A DNA stretch of 64,000 nucleotides from positions 64,480,001 through 64,544,000 of the forward strand of contig NC_043004.1 in the NCBI RefSeq assembly GCF_006345805.1, read 5' to 3'. The position numbers and the translations under genes are program-made. Shown here piece by piece: positions 1 to 11,812 of the stretch (position 1 is the stretch's first letter; each line of letters begins with the position of its first letter). The stretch is from Octopus sinensis. Lineage: Eukaryota. A model generated the notes under the pieces. It worked only from the letters and a program-made list of their open reading frames with translations, made no database searches and had not been told where the DNA came from.

Positions 1-2
1 AA

Positions 3-79
3 CGATGATGATGATGATGATGATGACATACATATATATATACATACATATATATATATATATAGATATATATACATAC

Positions 80-110
<31 letters not shown>

Positions 111-154
111 CATACACATATATACATATACATACATATATATACAAACATATA

Positions 155-190
<36 letters not shown>

Positions 191-191
191 C

Positions 192-231
<40 letters not shown>
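3..231. repeat. (GAT)n followed by long imperfect (TA)n/(TACA)n microsatellite
   Basis: Direct inspection; the 77-aa ORF 5..238 is just its translation. Confidence 0.95.
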
Positions 232-235
<4 letters not shown>

Positions 236-236
236 T

Positions 237-410
237 AACTGGCAGAATTGTTAGCATGCTAGGCAAAATGCTTAGCTGGATTTCGCCTGTTACAACATTC
301 GGTGTTCATCGACTCAGGATCAATAAAATAAGTACCAGTTGAATACTGGGGTCAATGGAATTGACTCATCCTCTCCTTCAAGACTGCTGCTCTTGTGGCA
401 TAATTTAAAA
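237..410 (+). mobile_element. tRNA-derived SINE, family C (head ...ctggcagaatcgttagc; core ...taagtaccagtt...ggggtcgat), followed by (TAT)n tail 411-466
   Basis: Same sequence recurs at 5228, 31822, 40803, 41032 (+) and at 22265-23400, 46850 (-). Confidence 0.8.
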
Positions 411-411
411 C

Positions 412-466
<55 letters not shown>

Positions 467-1201
467 TCTTTTTAAGGGATGGGGTGTTTGTTATTAGAGG
501 GGTAGGTCACATATTTTGTGGTTATTTTCTCTAAAATGTCTTCGGAAGTTTCTCTAAAAATTTAATACAATATTTTTGAGTCTTTTTTTATTTAATTCTG
601 AAAAACATATTTCTATTTACCTATGTGTCTATATCTTTGTATTCTTGTATGAAATATTGAGTGGTTCTAAGTGTAACATTGTATGTGTGTTACACACATC
701 CGTACAGTTTTGGTATGTTTGTATACTTTTGCATATTTTTGTATGAATTTTTGAAAGTGTATATATTCGAACAAATTTTTGAAAGTGTGTATATTTTTGT
801 CTGAAAATGTTTTTATGCACATATTTTTCGTGTATGTTTTTGTGTACGATTTTGTATGTTTGAATATTTTTGTATTTGTACGCATTTTTGTAAATATTTT
901 TGTCATTTTTTTTTCTTTATATGTGTCTTTATTTAAATTTAATCGATATTGTTAACCAGCGGCAATGTAAGTTGTAACTGGTGGCAGTAAAATTTCTAGC
1001 AATGTTTTACATTCTACTTCGAGTCAGCCATTGGTACTCTGTGTGTGTGTGTGTGTTTGTGTGTGAGTGTGTGGTTGTTGTGTTTATGTGAGAAGAGGAA
1101 GAGAATTATTGAAGCTGAGGTGAATTGAACCAACAGACAGTAACAGCAAGAACTGCTACTTCCACCACAACTAAATTACTACATTATTACTAACACAATT
1201 A

Positions 1202-1516
1202 TTGGGTCATCCCATAAATAATGCGGTTTTTTTTCAATTGCATGAACTAAAAGGTGGAAGAGGACGGGATTAACTACCTGCATCAACTTGCTATAAAAGC
1301 AGGTAGTAATTTTACCTTGTCCTTATTCTTAGTGTAAGTTTTGAAGAGTGCAGTTCAATTTTAACAGTTATCTTTTCAAAGCTATAATGGAAGTAGCAAA
1401 GGAGCATATTCAGCATATTTTGCTTTATGAGTTCAACAAAGGCAACAACACAATGGAAAGTGCAAGGAATATTAATGCAGTATATGGGGTTCAGACAATA
1501 AGTGTAAGGAAACTGT
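1202..1516 (+). mobile_element. mariner transposon 5' fragment (TIR + transposase N-terminus)
   Basis: TA+TTGGGTCATCCCATAAATAATGCGG TIR, the same as the element at 50989-51839; ORF reads MEVAKEHIQHILLYEFNKGNNTMESARNINAVYG, a mariner HTH N-terminus; truncated at about 1516. Confidence 0.88.
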
Positions 1517-1684
1517 ACTGGATCGGTCCAAAAATCTAATTAGTTTGTGCCAGTCATGAGGCCAAACATCCCTGAAAGTTCCACCTGAATCTATTCTGTG
1601 GTTCCTGAGCCATCTTGTCCGCAGACTAACAAACAAACAAGCAAACACAACTGAAAACAATACCTCCACCTTAGCAAAGGCGGA

Positions 1685-1690
<6 letters not shown>
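1517..1690 (-). mobile_element. 5' part of a non-autonomous Helitron/Helentron-associated (HINE/DINE-like) element
   Basis: Reverse complement matches 32415-32580 (aaggtggaggtattgttttcag...ggacaagat...gaaactttcagg...ctcatgactggca); terminal palindrome tacctccacctt-agc-aaggcggaggta at about 1662-1689. Confidence 0.65.
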
Positions 1691-1736
<46 letters not shown>

Positions 1737-2736
1737 GTTCTTCAACAGCCTGTACAACTACTACTGAAAATGTTATAAGTGTTAAGATGGTTGTTACAGA
1801 AGTTGCTGTTGTTGTTCTTAGTCTTGTTGTTATTGTTGTTACTGTTGTTAAAAAATTTCTGTGATAATAGTTATAATAATTGATAAATAATTGCCACATG
1901 GATGCACCCTGGTCAAATGGTCAAGCAGTTTGCTTTACAATCACAAGGTCCTAGACTCAATTTCAGTGCATGACGTCTTGAGCGAGTGTCTTTCACCACT
2001 GCTGCGGATCAGTCTAAGCCTTGTAAGCAAAACTGGGTTGGCGGGGATACTGTACCAAAGCCTCATAGCAGAGAATTGTACCTGGTATATGTAAAGGTCC
2101 TATTTTGTCACATGCTATGTCCCACTGTTTCTACCAAAGCATTACATTAAGTGAATACACGTCTGGAATATTCCTCATCAAAATTGATAGAGGTTGCATT
2201 TATTTGGTCATCATAGCTGTTGTTACAGTTGTTGTTCCTCCTCTCTTCTTCATCCTTCCCTTTTCTTCTTCTCCTCCATCGCCACCATCACATAATCACT
2301 GTTTACGGAATCGGTTTGAAGTGAGGATCTAAGAGTGTATTACAGTGGTTGTTGAGAGTTAGGTGTGTAGGAGGTGATATGTCAGTAGTCAACACACAGG
2401 TTGAAGGTTCCATCACAGCCTCTGGAGCTTTTCTAAAAATTGCTTTCTTATATTTTCTTCATATCTTCAAATCTTCATTCATTAATACATTTTGCCTTCA
2501 TTTATTACATTTTCATATTGTTGTTTGCAATTCTTCCTTTTTTGCAAACATTGTTAAGAAACCATTTCTCTTTCTTTCTCGAATGCCTCCCTCTCCATAG
2601 TACACACACACACACACACATATACAGACACATGTGTGCATGTGTGTATGTATGCATGTGTGTGTGCATTCACAACTCTTGTGTGTGTATGTGCAGCCAC
2701 AACACCCATGTGTGCGTCTGTGAATGTATATATATA

Positions 2737-3929
2737 TCTTTATATATATAAAACTGAGAATGTGTGTCTGTCTGTCTGTCTGTCTGTGTGTTTCCCTAAA
2801 ACTTGAGAACTACACAACCAATTTCATTCAAATTTTACACATGCCTTACTTAGGGTCCGGGGAGTGTCATCGGCAAAAAAAATGTTAAACGTTTTGCCTA
2901 GGGCGAGCCCACAGCAATATCATATCTTCTCCACTACGATTCCCTAAAACTTGAGAACTACACAACCAATTCCATTCAAATTTTACACATGCCTTACTTA
3001 AGGTCCATGTAGTTTCATGGGCAAAAAAAAATGTTCAACTTCTTGCTTAGAGCGAGCCCATAGCAATATCATATCTTCTCCACTATTTCAGTATTACGTG
3101 TTAAAAGTGAAACAAAAACATTTCTCTATTTTATGTCAGATACTTTCACTTTAACGATAAAAATAATAACAATTGAATTATATGTAGTAAGTAATAATTA
3201 AAATCAAACTAATGTATAATATAACCGTAACATAACAAAAGTAAAAATAGCAATTGGTATAAAATTGCATCAATGACTTGAACTTGAATAAGTGGTTTCA
3301 CATGAATGGGAATAAATTAAAAATAAAATTAGCATGCAGAAATGGAATAGTCCAGATGGATAATAAAAAATTAAATTAAAGAAAAGACTATTGTCTATAA
3401 AGTATACAATGTAGAGAAAAAAGAAGATTTGAACACCTGGAGGAAAGCACCTTCGAAAAGTGTCTTGGTGCGACTATGAAAGATATCTATCTAATCAGAG
3501 GCGGTAAATTCACCACAATAGAAGCAAGGTTTGAGTCAACGGAGCATGCAAGGGAGTATTCGACTTGAACTTGCAAAGTGGAAATATTTTATTTTTACCT
3601 TTATATCTGGGACGTAGGACGTCTTGGAAAAAAATTTAAAATGTCACCCTTCCCCAGAAGTAGGGGTAGGCTGGATTGTAGCCACACTTCTATACAAGAG
3701 GGAGGACAAGATACAATTAATCGAAATTACAAGAGATGGGCTAACAATTCCAGTCTGTTATATATTTTGAGTATTGTTATCACTAGCGATATCAAGATAT
3801 AACTTTGTATTTTGTATTTTATGTGTAGATGTATATATATATAGATGTACATGTAATATGTACACATATATATACACATATATATATGCACTAGCACTAT
3901 GACCCGGCAACGACGGGTCTTTAATGCTA

Positions 3930-3930
<1 letters not shown>
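2737..3930 (+). mobile_element. Non-autonomous Helitron, complete termini, internal tandem duplication of about 150 bp (2791-3085)
   Basis: A|TC 5' end (TCTTTATATATATAAAA), (GTCT)n tract, 3' hairpin gacccg-gcaacga-cgggtc (3901-3919), CTAG|T 3' end at 3927-3931, no TSD. Confidence 0.85.
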
Positions 3931-4014
<84 letters not shown>

Positions 4015-4129
4015 CTACAACACATGTATACACATAAACACTCATGCACATATATTGCTCCCTCTGCCTTTCACCAACATCATCTTCCATTTATTTCTTA
4101 CTTTGTGCATAATATTGCACTTCCTGTCG

Positions 4130-4545
4130 GTGGTGGTCATGTTAGTGGAGGAGGTGGAAGTAGTTGTGCAGCAAGTGCAACAAACTGCTCCTAGGAATGA
4201 TGGTGGTGGTGGTGGTGGTGGTGGTGTCAGTGCAGTTAGTGCTTATGTAATTGCTGGGAGTGGTGGTGGTGGTGGTGGTGGTGCAGTTACTGCTTCTGTT
4301 ACAGCTTGAAATGGTGGTAGTGGAAGTGATAGTTCTGGAAGTGCAGCAAATGATAGTGGTGGTGTAGGTGGCGCCAGTGGTGCAGTTAGTGCATCTGCTA
4401 CTGCTGGTAGTGGTGGAGGTAGTGGTGGTGCAGTTACAGCTTCTGTTACAGCTTGAAATGGTGGTGGTGGTGGTGGCATCAGTGGTGCAGTTAGTGCTTC
4501 TGCTAGCTGCTGGGTGTGGAGGAGAGGGGTACTGCAGCTGCACTG
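4130..4545. repeat. (GGT)n-based cryptic simple repeat with a 147-bp internal duplication
   Basis: gtgcagttac(t/a)gcttctgttacagcttgaaatggtggt at 4281 and 4428. Confidence 0.8.
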
Positions 4546-5227
4546 ACTTGCAAGTAGTGCAAAACAATAAATAAATAAGTCACCTGACCGAAATACATTC
4601 CGATCCTTTACAGGATTCCTTGAGCTATTTTTAAGGCCCAACACAATGAGTCAGATTTTCAAACATTTTCCTACATGGAATGGTAAGGGTAGGAGGTAGA
4701 GTGAGTGTGGGAGTGGGAGGGTGTGGGAAAGAGGGTGTAGATATTCTTGTAGCTTATATCATTGTTGTTCTTGTTGTTGACTTGTAGTTAGTCTTGGTCT
4801 TTGGTTATAATTCCATTCATGTCTATATAATGGTTTGTAGGAGTATTATTAAGTTGACCCCATAACTTGACTGGTACTTATACAGGGTGTCCCAGAATTA
4901 AGTATCCATCTATCTGAATGAAATTGGGTAAATTTTAAAACTACTGACAAAGTGTTTTAAATCTCTGAGCAAGAGATATACAGTAACAGTACTGAATAGT
5001 AAAGCTTATTTGCCAACATAATGTGGCAGTCCTATATAAGGACAATGTTACTGTCTTTTAGCCCCAGGAAAACATCTTTTCCAGTTGGCTACAGGCATAC
5101 AGTTTGTGCCCATATTGTTATATGCAAGGGAGGCCATTGCTCCCATCTCTAGCCTTACATATGACTAGAAATGGAAGTGATGACCTCCCTTACATATACT
5201 GTATGGGCACAAACTGTGTGCCAATAA

Positions 5228-5458
5228 GGCGGTGAACTGGCAGAAACCTTAGCACACCAGGCGAAATACTTAGCGGTATTTCGTCTGCCGTTACTTTCTG
5301 AGTTCAAATTCCGCCGAGGTCGACTTTGCCTTTCATCCTTTCGGGTTCGATAAATTAAGTACCAGTTATGCACTTGGGTTGATGTAATCAACTTAATCCC
5401 TTTGTCTGTTCTTGTTTGTCCCCTCTGTGTTTAGCCCCTTGTGGGCAATAAAGAAATA
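5228..5458 (+). mobile_element. tRNA-derived SINE family C, full length, 19-bp TSD
   Basis: GGCGGTGAACTGGCAGAA head and GAGTTCAAATTCC B-box-like motif; TSD acaaactgtgtgcc(aa/gg)taa at 5209-5227 and 5459-5477. Confidence 0.9.
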
Positions 5459-5564
5459 ACAAACTGTGTGCCGGTAACCAACTGGTAAAGATGTTTTCCT
5501 AGGGTTAAAAGATAATACTGACAGAATTATATGTTTATTACTTAATTATGAAACCAAAACAAAT

Positions 5565-5940
5565 AAAGCTTGCTTCCCAACTGCATGGTTCCAGGTTCAG
5601 TCCCATTGTGTGGCACGTTGGGCAAGCGTCTTGGGCTGATCAAAGCCTCGTGAGTGAATTTAGTAGATGAAAACTGAAAGAAGCCCATTGTATATATATA
5701 TAGATAGATGTATATATCTATGCGTGTTTGTGTGTGTGTTCATCCCCCTCATCATGCTTGACAACCAGTGTTGGTGTGTTTACATCCCTGTAACTTAACA
5801 GTTCGACAAAAGAGACTAATAGAATAAGTACTAGGCTTAAGAAATAAATCCCCCTGGAGCCAATTTGTTCAACTGAAACGATTCAAGGCAGTGCTCCAGC
5901 ATGGCCACACTCAAATGACTGAAACAAGTAAAAGAGTAAA
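5565..5940 (+). mobile_element. Bipartite tRNA-derived SINE family A (head + internal microsatellite + tail ending aagtaaaagag)
   Basis: Matches copies at 12876-13597, 35546-35978 and 38030-38457. Confidence 0.85.
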
Positions 5941-6074
5941 TTTTATTGAAAACCTTCAAACATGTGTTCTGTCTGTATTCTTGCAAATTTTAAATCTCTT
6001 CTTTGCGTTGCAAAACCCATTTTGAAAAATTTCAAGAGTTATCTCCTACACTGCCAACCAAATGTGTTCTTTAA

Positions 6075-6294
6075 CCCTTTCATTACTGTATTTATTCTGA
6101 GATGCTCTGTATTTCTTTCAATTACTTCAAATATAACAAAGAATTTAGTAAAAAAACTTAGTTATCATTCAGCTAGAGTTAGGAACATAAATTGTGACTG
6201 AGGTTTGATGGAAGATTTTAATTCAAAACTTATGAAAACAAGACATTTGTACTCAGAGCCAGAGCTGGTTTCAGCCAGGTTGGTAACGAAAGGG
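6075..6294. mobile_element. piggyBac-type MITE (TTAA TSD)
   Basis: TTAA|CCCTTTCATTAC ... GTAACGAAAGGG|TTAA; second copy at 36509-36729. Confidence 0.85.
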
Positions 6295-6554
6295 TTAAGT
6301 TGCTCCATCCTGGGGATGGGGGTAGAGAAAATGATTGAAGCTAAATTGAAAAAAACTTATCATGGACAGGATCCAACAGGAATGAAAATAAAATTATTCA
6401 AAAATTTATAAAAGTTATAAAATCATAAACCAAATAACAAATTTATACGCTTTTAACACATATTAAACATGATAAGCATAAATAAAGATGATTTTTTTTT
6501 TTAAATGTCTGATTTCACTGAAATAGATATTCTGGGAGACCCTGTATAAACCTA

Positions 6555-6990
6555 CAGGGAGCCTCTAGGTAATCTCAGTCTTCCATTATAATAATTCCAT
6601 TCACATTTAGTATACTTTACAAGGATATTAATTCAACAGGATTTTTATTTTAGCAACCAAGAAGGTTGAAGAACAAAGTAAACCTTAGTCTTGTATTTTG
6701 ATTCCTTTCACGTCTACAATGCTTTATGGGGATTTTAAATCACCCCCAGTATTTAACTGGTATTCAGACAAACTAATAATGGAGCCTCTAGATAATCTTA
6801 GACTTAAACCTACTTTGATTCCTTTCTCATCTACAATGCCTTATAGGGATATTAAATCAATCTCAGGACTCAGACAAACCAATAATGACGGTTCTGGATA
6901 ATCTTAGACTTAAACTTCTATTTTGATTCTTTTCACTTCTAACATACTTTATAGGGATATCAGATATATCCTATCATTTGACTGGTGCTT
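6555..6990. repeat. Degenerate tandem array of about 110-bp units
   Basis: ttgattcctttc...ctacaatgc...tatagggatattaaatc and gataatcttagacttaaac recur near 6698, 6816 and 6924. Confidence 0.7.
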
Positions 6991-7285
6991 AGGAGGAATT
7001 ACAACCGTGTTCCGTGGTCTGCTACCACAACAGCTCCTTTATAGGATCCAGTTAGCTCAAGACATCATCAGGAGGAACCACGTCCGGTTTCGGCCCCTAC
7101 TCCTCTACCGTTTTGATGTGGCGGGCCCCCCCTCCTTTCGGAGGTGTCTTCAGCTCTGGTGTTGGGTGCATGTCTTCTTTCTTCTGTTCCCTGGCCTCTT
7201 CGATGTATCGTCAGCGAGTGTCAGCCGGTGACTGACTGTTTTGTCAAATTTCTCCCTTTAAATACCTGCCACATAGGCTCCAGCA

Positions 7286-7626
7286 GGCGCGTGGCTCAGT
7301 GGTTAGAGCGTCGAGCTTACGATCGTGAGGTTGTGAGCTCGAATTCCGGACCGGGCTGCGTGTTGTGTTATTGAGCAAGACACTTTATTTCACGTTGCTC
7401 CAGTTCACTCAGCTGTAGAAATGAGTTGCGACGTCACAGGTGCCAAACTGTATCGGCCCCTTTGCCTTTCCCTTGGATAACACTGGAGGCGTGGAGAGGG
7501 GAGGCTGGTATGCATGGGCGACTGCTGTTCTTCCATAAAAAACAACCTTGCCCAGACTTGTGCCTCAGAGGGTAACTCTCTAGGTGCAAACCCATGGTCA
7601 GTGTCTGATAAAAGGGGGTCACCACC
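7286..7626 (+). mobile_element. tRNA-derived SINE family D nested antisense in the retrotransposon 3' UTR
   Basis: GGCGCGTGGCTCAGTGGTTAGAGC A-box/D-arm and GAGCTCGAATTCC B-box; TSD aggct(c/g)cagca at 7275-7285 and 7627-7637; other copies at 14680-14995 and 40457-40776 (-). Confidence 0.92.
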
Positions 7627-7763
7627 AGGCTGCAGCAGGCAGCCCTGGCAAGTTGTCATGTGACACTGTCTCACCTTAACTGACTAGTGAAGGCGCATAG
7701 CTTTAGCCCACGCTTTTTCTAAACGACCGTCACCTGTCAGTCAGCTTGTCTCACCTAATGATG

Positions 7764-10700
7764 TTATTTCCCGTCGGCGTGTTTATGGCTTTCAAGCCAT
7801 TTTCGGTCTTCCCGCTTCAGCCATATATAGAAGCTGGCTTTTTCGACCACCTCCTGTACTCTCCTTATTAGTTTTCACAGCTCCGAGCTAGAAAAAACAA
7901 ATCTTCTTTTGAAAAGCGTTGTCATTTTCCTTTCAATGAAGCCTCTATCCCCCACTGCCAGGTGATAATATTCAACATTCCATCCCTGTTCTCTGCATTC
8001 TTCGATTAGCTTTTCGTACCTCTTCTCCTTTTGTTCCTCTGCATTGCCGATGTTCTCTTCTCAAGGTACTGTCAGTTCTAGTAAAATTCCCATTCTCCGG
8101 CCTCTGTTCCATAGAACTAAATCCGGTCTTTTTGTTGTTTTTATTAGTGGAAATACTACTTGTCTTTCCAAGTCCGTGGCCACCTCCCAGTATCCCTTCC
8201 ATCTTTTGTCCATCTCATATACTTTACTTGTAGGCCTAATTTTATAACCTTTTCCCTCCTTGTGGAAGTATACTTTCCTGCACTTTTCTACTTTTGGGTA
8301 CTCTCCCCTATTGTACCTCTCAATCTTCTCCTTGAGTGCTGCGCTTATGACACCAAGGACTTGATTATGCCGCTATGTATATCTTTCAAGTGCTAGTCTG
8401 CAACCTGACAGAACATGTCTAACTGTCGCTTTCTCTCCACATCTACCCTCATCGGTTATGTTTATGTTCCACCGGACTAAGTTCGCTGGTGAAGGTAGAA
8501 CATCAGAGGTAGACTTGATCAGGAAGGATGTTCTTGCTTGTTCCCAAGCCCAAAGTTCCTTCCATGATATTCTGCGGCTGATCACATATTCCTCCCATCT
8601 CAGGCACTGTCCCTGTTGACTGCATTGCACCAAATGTACATTTCGCCTTTCTTCTTCCTCCTTTCTCACTTTGTATACCACTGCCTCTTTCATCTCTTAT
8701 ACACTGCTCTTGCAAAATGGCCTGAAATTTTGCGACCCTAGGCTGGTTCTAGCTTCTTGCGTTGCTCCGACTATAACTGCATGCTTTAGTTTTCCGATTG
8801 CCCTGTTTACTGCCTCTTCCGCCTTCCATTTCCTCCCTGTTCGTACCTTTGGAGGGTTTTCCCGGATGCTCTGATCTTTTGAATACCTTAGCATCATTAC
8901 TGTCCTTGCCTTTCCTGCCTTATATTCTTCGGCGATTGATGTTATTGGTAGTTGCAGCACGGGTTTTCCATATAATGCAGTTGTATTCAGTGGTTTCGGC
9001 AGACCAAGCCATTTCTGATAAACACACTGCATCTTTGTTCCATCCTTTCTACTCTACTCGAGGCTATTTCGTACATTTGCAATGGCCACATTATTCTTGG
9101 GTACAGCCCAAATTGCAGTATCCAACATTTGAATTTTCCCGGCAGCGTTGTTCTGTCAATTGCCTTTAATCCCTGTTCTAATAACTCGTGCATTTCTTTC
9201 CCTTGCTTCTTATCATTTAATAAATCTCTATACCATCTGCCGAGACTCTTTACTGGTTGTTCTTTCACCGTTGGTATGTCTTCACTTCCTATCCTGAATT
9301 TCACTTCTTTTTGCCTTCCTTTCAAGAAAGCCACGCTTCGAGATTTTTTGGCTTTGAATTTCCACCTTGCCCATCCAATCAGTTCGTCCAACTGCTCTAA
9401 CGTTCCCTCTGCTGCGTCTCTACTTTCCGATAATATAGTTACATCGTCCATAAAAGCCCTTAATGGTGTCTTAGTAACAGCTTTCTCACAGTTTATAGAT
9501 CTGAGTAGCATTTCCATGACTAGCACGAATAAGATGACTGATATCGTGCATCCAGCTGCAATACCTGTTTCAAGCCGTTGCCACTCCGTTGTGAACTTTC
9601 CTGCTGTGAATCTCATCCTCAGGTTGTCGTAGTACGACATGAGCATTCATTGAACATCTTAATGGAATCCAAAAGAAGTCCATTGCTGTTTATATTATTG
9701 CGTGCGGAACAGATCCATAAGCATTGGCAAGATCTAGCCAAACAATATACAGGTTTTTCTTCAGTTGTTTTGCACAGGTGATGGCTTCCCAGATGGAAAA
9801 TGCATGTTCTATGCACCCAGGGATTCTGGGGATTCCTGCTTTTTGAATTGCTTCATTAACGTATCCGTTATGCTGTACGAATCTTATGATTCGTCTAGCA
9901 ATTATTCCGAACATGATTTTCCCATCTGTATTTAATAATGAGTTTGGTCTAAATTGACCTAGTGTTTTCCCCCTCTTTTTCTTTAGGTAGAAAGATACCT
10001 TCGGCTATACACCATCGCTCCGCTACATCTTTCTTCTTCCACATTTCTCTTATCAGTGCAAACAGGTGCAAACGTAATTTCGGGCTATATTCATATACCT
10101 TGTAGCTCACTCCATCATTCCCTGAACTTTTTGTTCTTGCTTTCCTTATGAACTCATCCATTTCTTTCCGTTTGATGTCGCTCAAATCAAATGGTACTCT
10201 TGGTTCAGGTGGTTTCTTCAGTCCGTGCATTTCTGGGAGTACTTCATTTCTGTCAGAGTCGCTGTATGTCTCTTTCAGATGTTGTTCGAGCTCTTCTTTC
10301 GTGCAATCCAATTTTCCACTTTTACTTTCAGTAAATAGATGTTTCGCATATTGATTGGTATTGTTCACAAAGCTACGATAGTTCTTTTCTCTCTCCTTTC
10401 TTCTACTCTTCCTTCTTTGTTTCCTTAGCAGATCTCGATGCCTCTCTTTTATCTCTTCATATAGCTGCTTTAGCCCTTCTCTTTCCTCCTCCTTTGCCTC
10501 CCTCCATCTGGTTCTGAGTTTTTTCATCTCTTCTCGAATCTTTGCGATCTGTCTTTCTCTCCTCGATGGTCCGCTCTTTGCCGTTAATTCTACCTTCCCT
10601 GTTGTTTCCAGTCCAAATCTTTTCTCTCCTTCCTGGTAGATAGTATTAGCCAGGTTTTCGAGCCTTTATTCGCCGTCGCCTTTGAATTTGGTGGTCATTC

Positions 10701-11013
10701 TTGCTACCTCGTTGTCAAATTTTTTATAACTCGCCGCGTCATTTGCTTTCGGCCATTTAGCCTTTGTCCACTTCACACCTATCAGTCTTTTTGACTGTTC
10801 CAATTCATCTGTGGAATGAACCTCGCTATGGTTATTTTCCGGGGGGTTCTGGCCACACGTCTTATGGTTTATCAACCCGCATTGTTGAATTACTTTCTTT
10901 TGACACACCTTCCCTTGGTGGATTCTCAGCCCGATGTAACTAGCCAACACCTTTCCGCAGCAGCTAAACTCCTCATCTACCTTTCCTATACCGTTTCCTT
11001 TCTCATTGTCCAT
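7764..11013 (-). pseudogene. Disrupted retrotransposon polyprotein (Zn finger - reverse transcriptase - CCHC - REL endonuclease)
   Basis: Motifs CCGKVLASYIGLRIHQGKVC; GQFRPNSLLNTDGK; WLDLANAYGSVPH; GIAAGCTISVILF; AFMDD; RCGEKATVRHVLSGC; RPDLVLW...ILLELTVP*EENI...KRYEKL...GW...VGDRGF. In-frame stops at 10666, 9690, 8697, 8373, 8061 and 7875; frameshifts near 9970, 9660 and 9010; final TAA at 7764-7766. Confidence 0.92.
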
Positions 11014-11812
11014 TTCTGGTCCAGTCCATTTCGTTTATTCCCATCCCTGTTTGATGCTTTATTCTCTCCCCGTGGTCCGGGATCATGGGTGCTTGATTTT
11101 ATTGAATCCAGGAACAGAGGAGGGGAAAGTTGACCTCAGCCACATTTGTTAAAAGCTGAAACATAATGAACCATAATTATTGCTCTGCATGCATTTTGTA
11201 TCATATTCTGATACAGTATTTATCTACAGAACCTTAGAGTGCCATAAAAGCTGTGCTAGGAGGCTTGCAAGAAATAGTGATAAATTGGTTTTAATTAATA
11301 TGCAAATACATTTTTGTGCTATTAGTGTGTTTAATTACATATTCATAATTTTATTATATATGCATGGCATATTCCTTAAGGTGGAGAAATCTTGGCATCT
11401 GTTGGTAATAAGGTGACCCCGTGGCAGAAAGTTATCTAATAGGGGATTGTAGGGTAATTTGATCTAAACAAGGTGAAATTTCTTAAAACTTCTTTGGTGG
11501 GTCCATTAGATTTTAGTACTGCTAAATCTTTTCAAAGACAGCTTTATGATTAGTTTAATCTCTTGGGAAATTTTAAACTTTAAGGAAAGTAAAAAAGGAT
11601 AATAATAAGATATAAAATAAAATACCAGTCAAGTACTTGAAAGGGAAGTCAATGGTGTTGACTAACTTGTTTCTCAATTTGCTGGTCTTGTGCCTAAAGT
11701 AGAAGTTACTCTCAAGTCTATGACATCCAGTACAACAATCTCTACTGCTACACTTTTAGAGAAATAGTTATTTCCTCCTCTCTACCAATTATATGTATAC
11801 ATACATATATAT

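Larger units (their letters stand above)
4883..6544. mobile_element. Non-autonomous Tc1/mariner-superfamily element (TA TSD) containing nested SINEs and a MITE
   Basis: TA+CAGGGTGTCCCAGAAT at 4881-4899 is inverted to ATTCTGGGAGACCCTG+TA at 6529-6546; weaker subterminal similarity continues inward. Confidence 0.65.
6991..11087 (-). mobile_element. HERO-like (R2-group, restriction-like endonuclease) non-LTR retrotransposon, near full length
   Basis: Single ORF with N-terminal zinc finger, RT, CCHC and PD-(D/E)xK-type REL domains; 3' UTR of about 430 bp after removing the nested SINE; TSD GGTGCTT at 6984-6990 and 11088-11094. Clade name is from motif recall, not from a search. Confidence 0.88.

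Noticed and set aside
7055-7100. GAAAC...CTGATGA on the minus strand in the HERO 3' UTR as a type II hammerhead
   Set aside because: Only 4-5 nt separate the putative cleavage site from CUGAUGA (no helix I), and helix II cannot pair at 10.1-11.1. It is more likely an ordinary 3'-terminal recognition structure.
7286-7360. tRNA gene
   Set aside because: A/B boxes and D-arm are present, but the anticodon and acceptor stems do not pair and the sequence continues into a SINE body with a TSD. The same applies to the other SINE heads.
8061-8375. Rescue of the HERO ORF by A-to-I editing (TAG/TGA at conserved Trp codons)
   Set aside because: Three frameshifts and other stops remain, and G-to-A transitions explain these codons as neutral decay.
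11014-11087. HDV-like ribozyme at the 5' end of the REL element
   Set aside because: The region is only about 75 nt and purine-rich, with no visible nested double pseudoknot.
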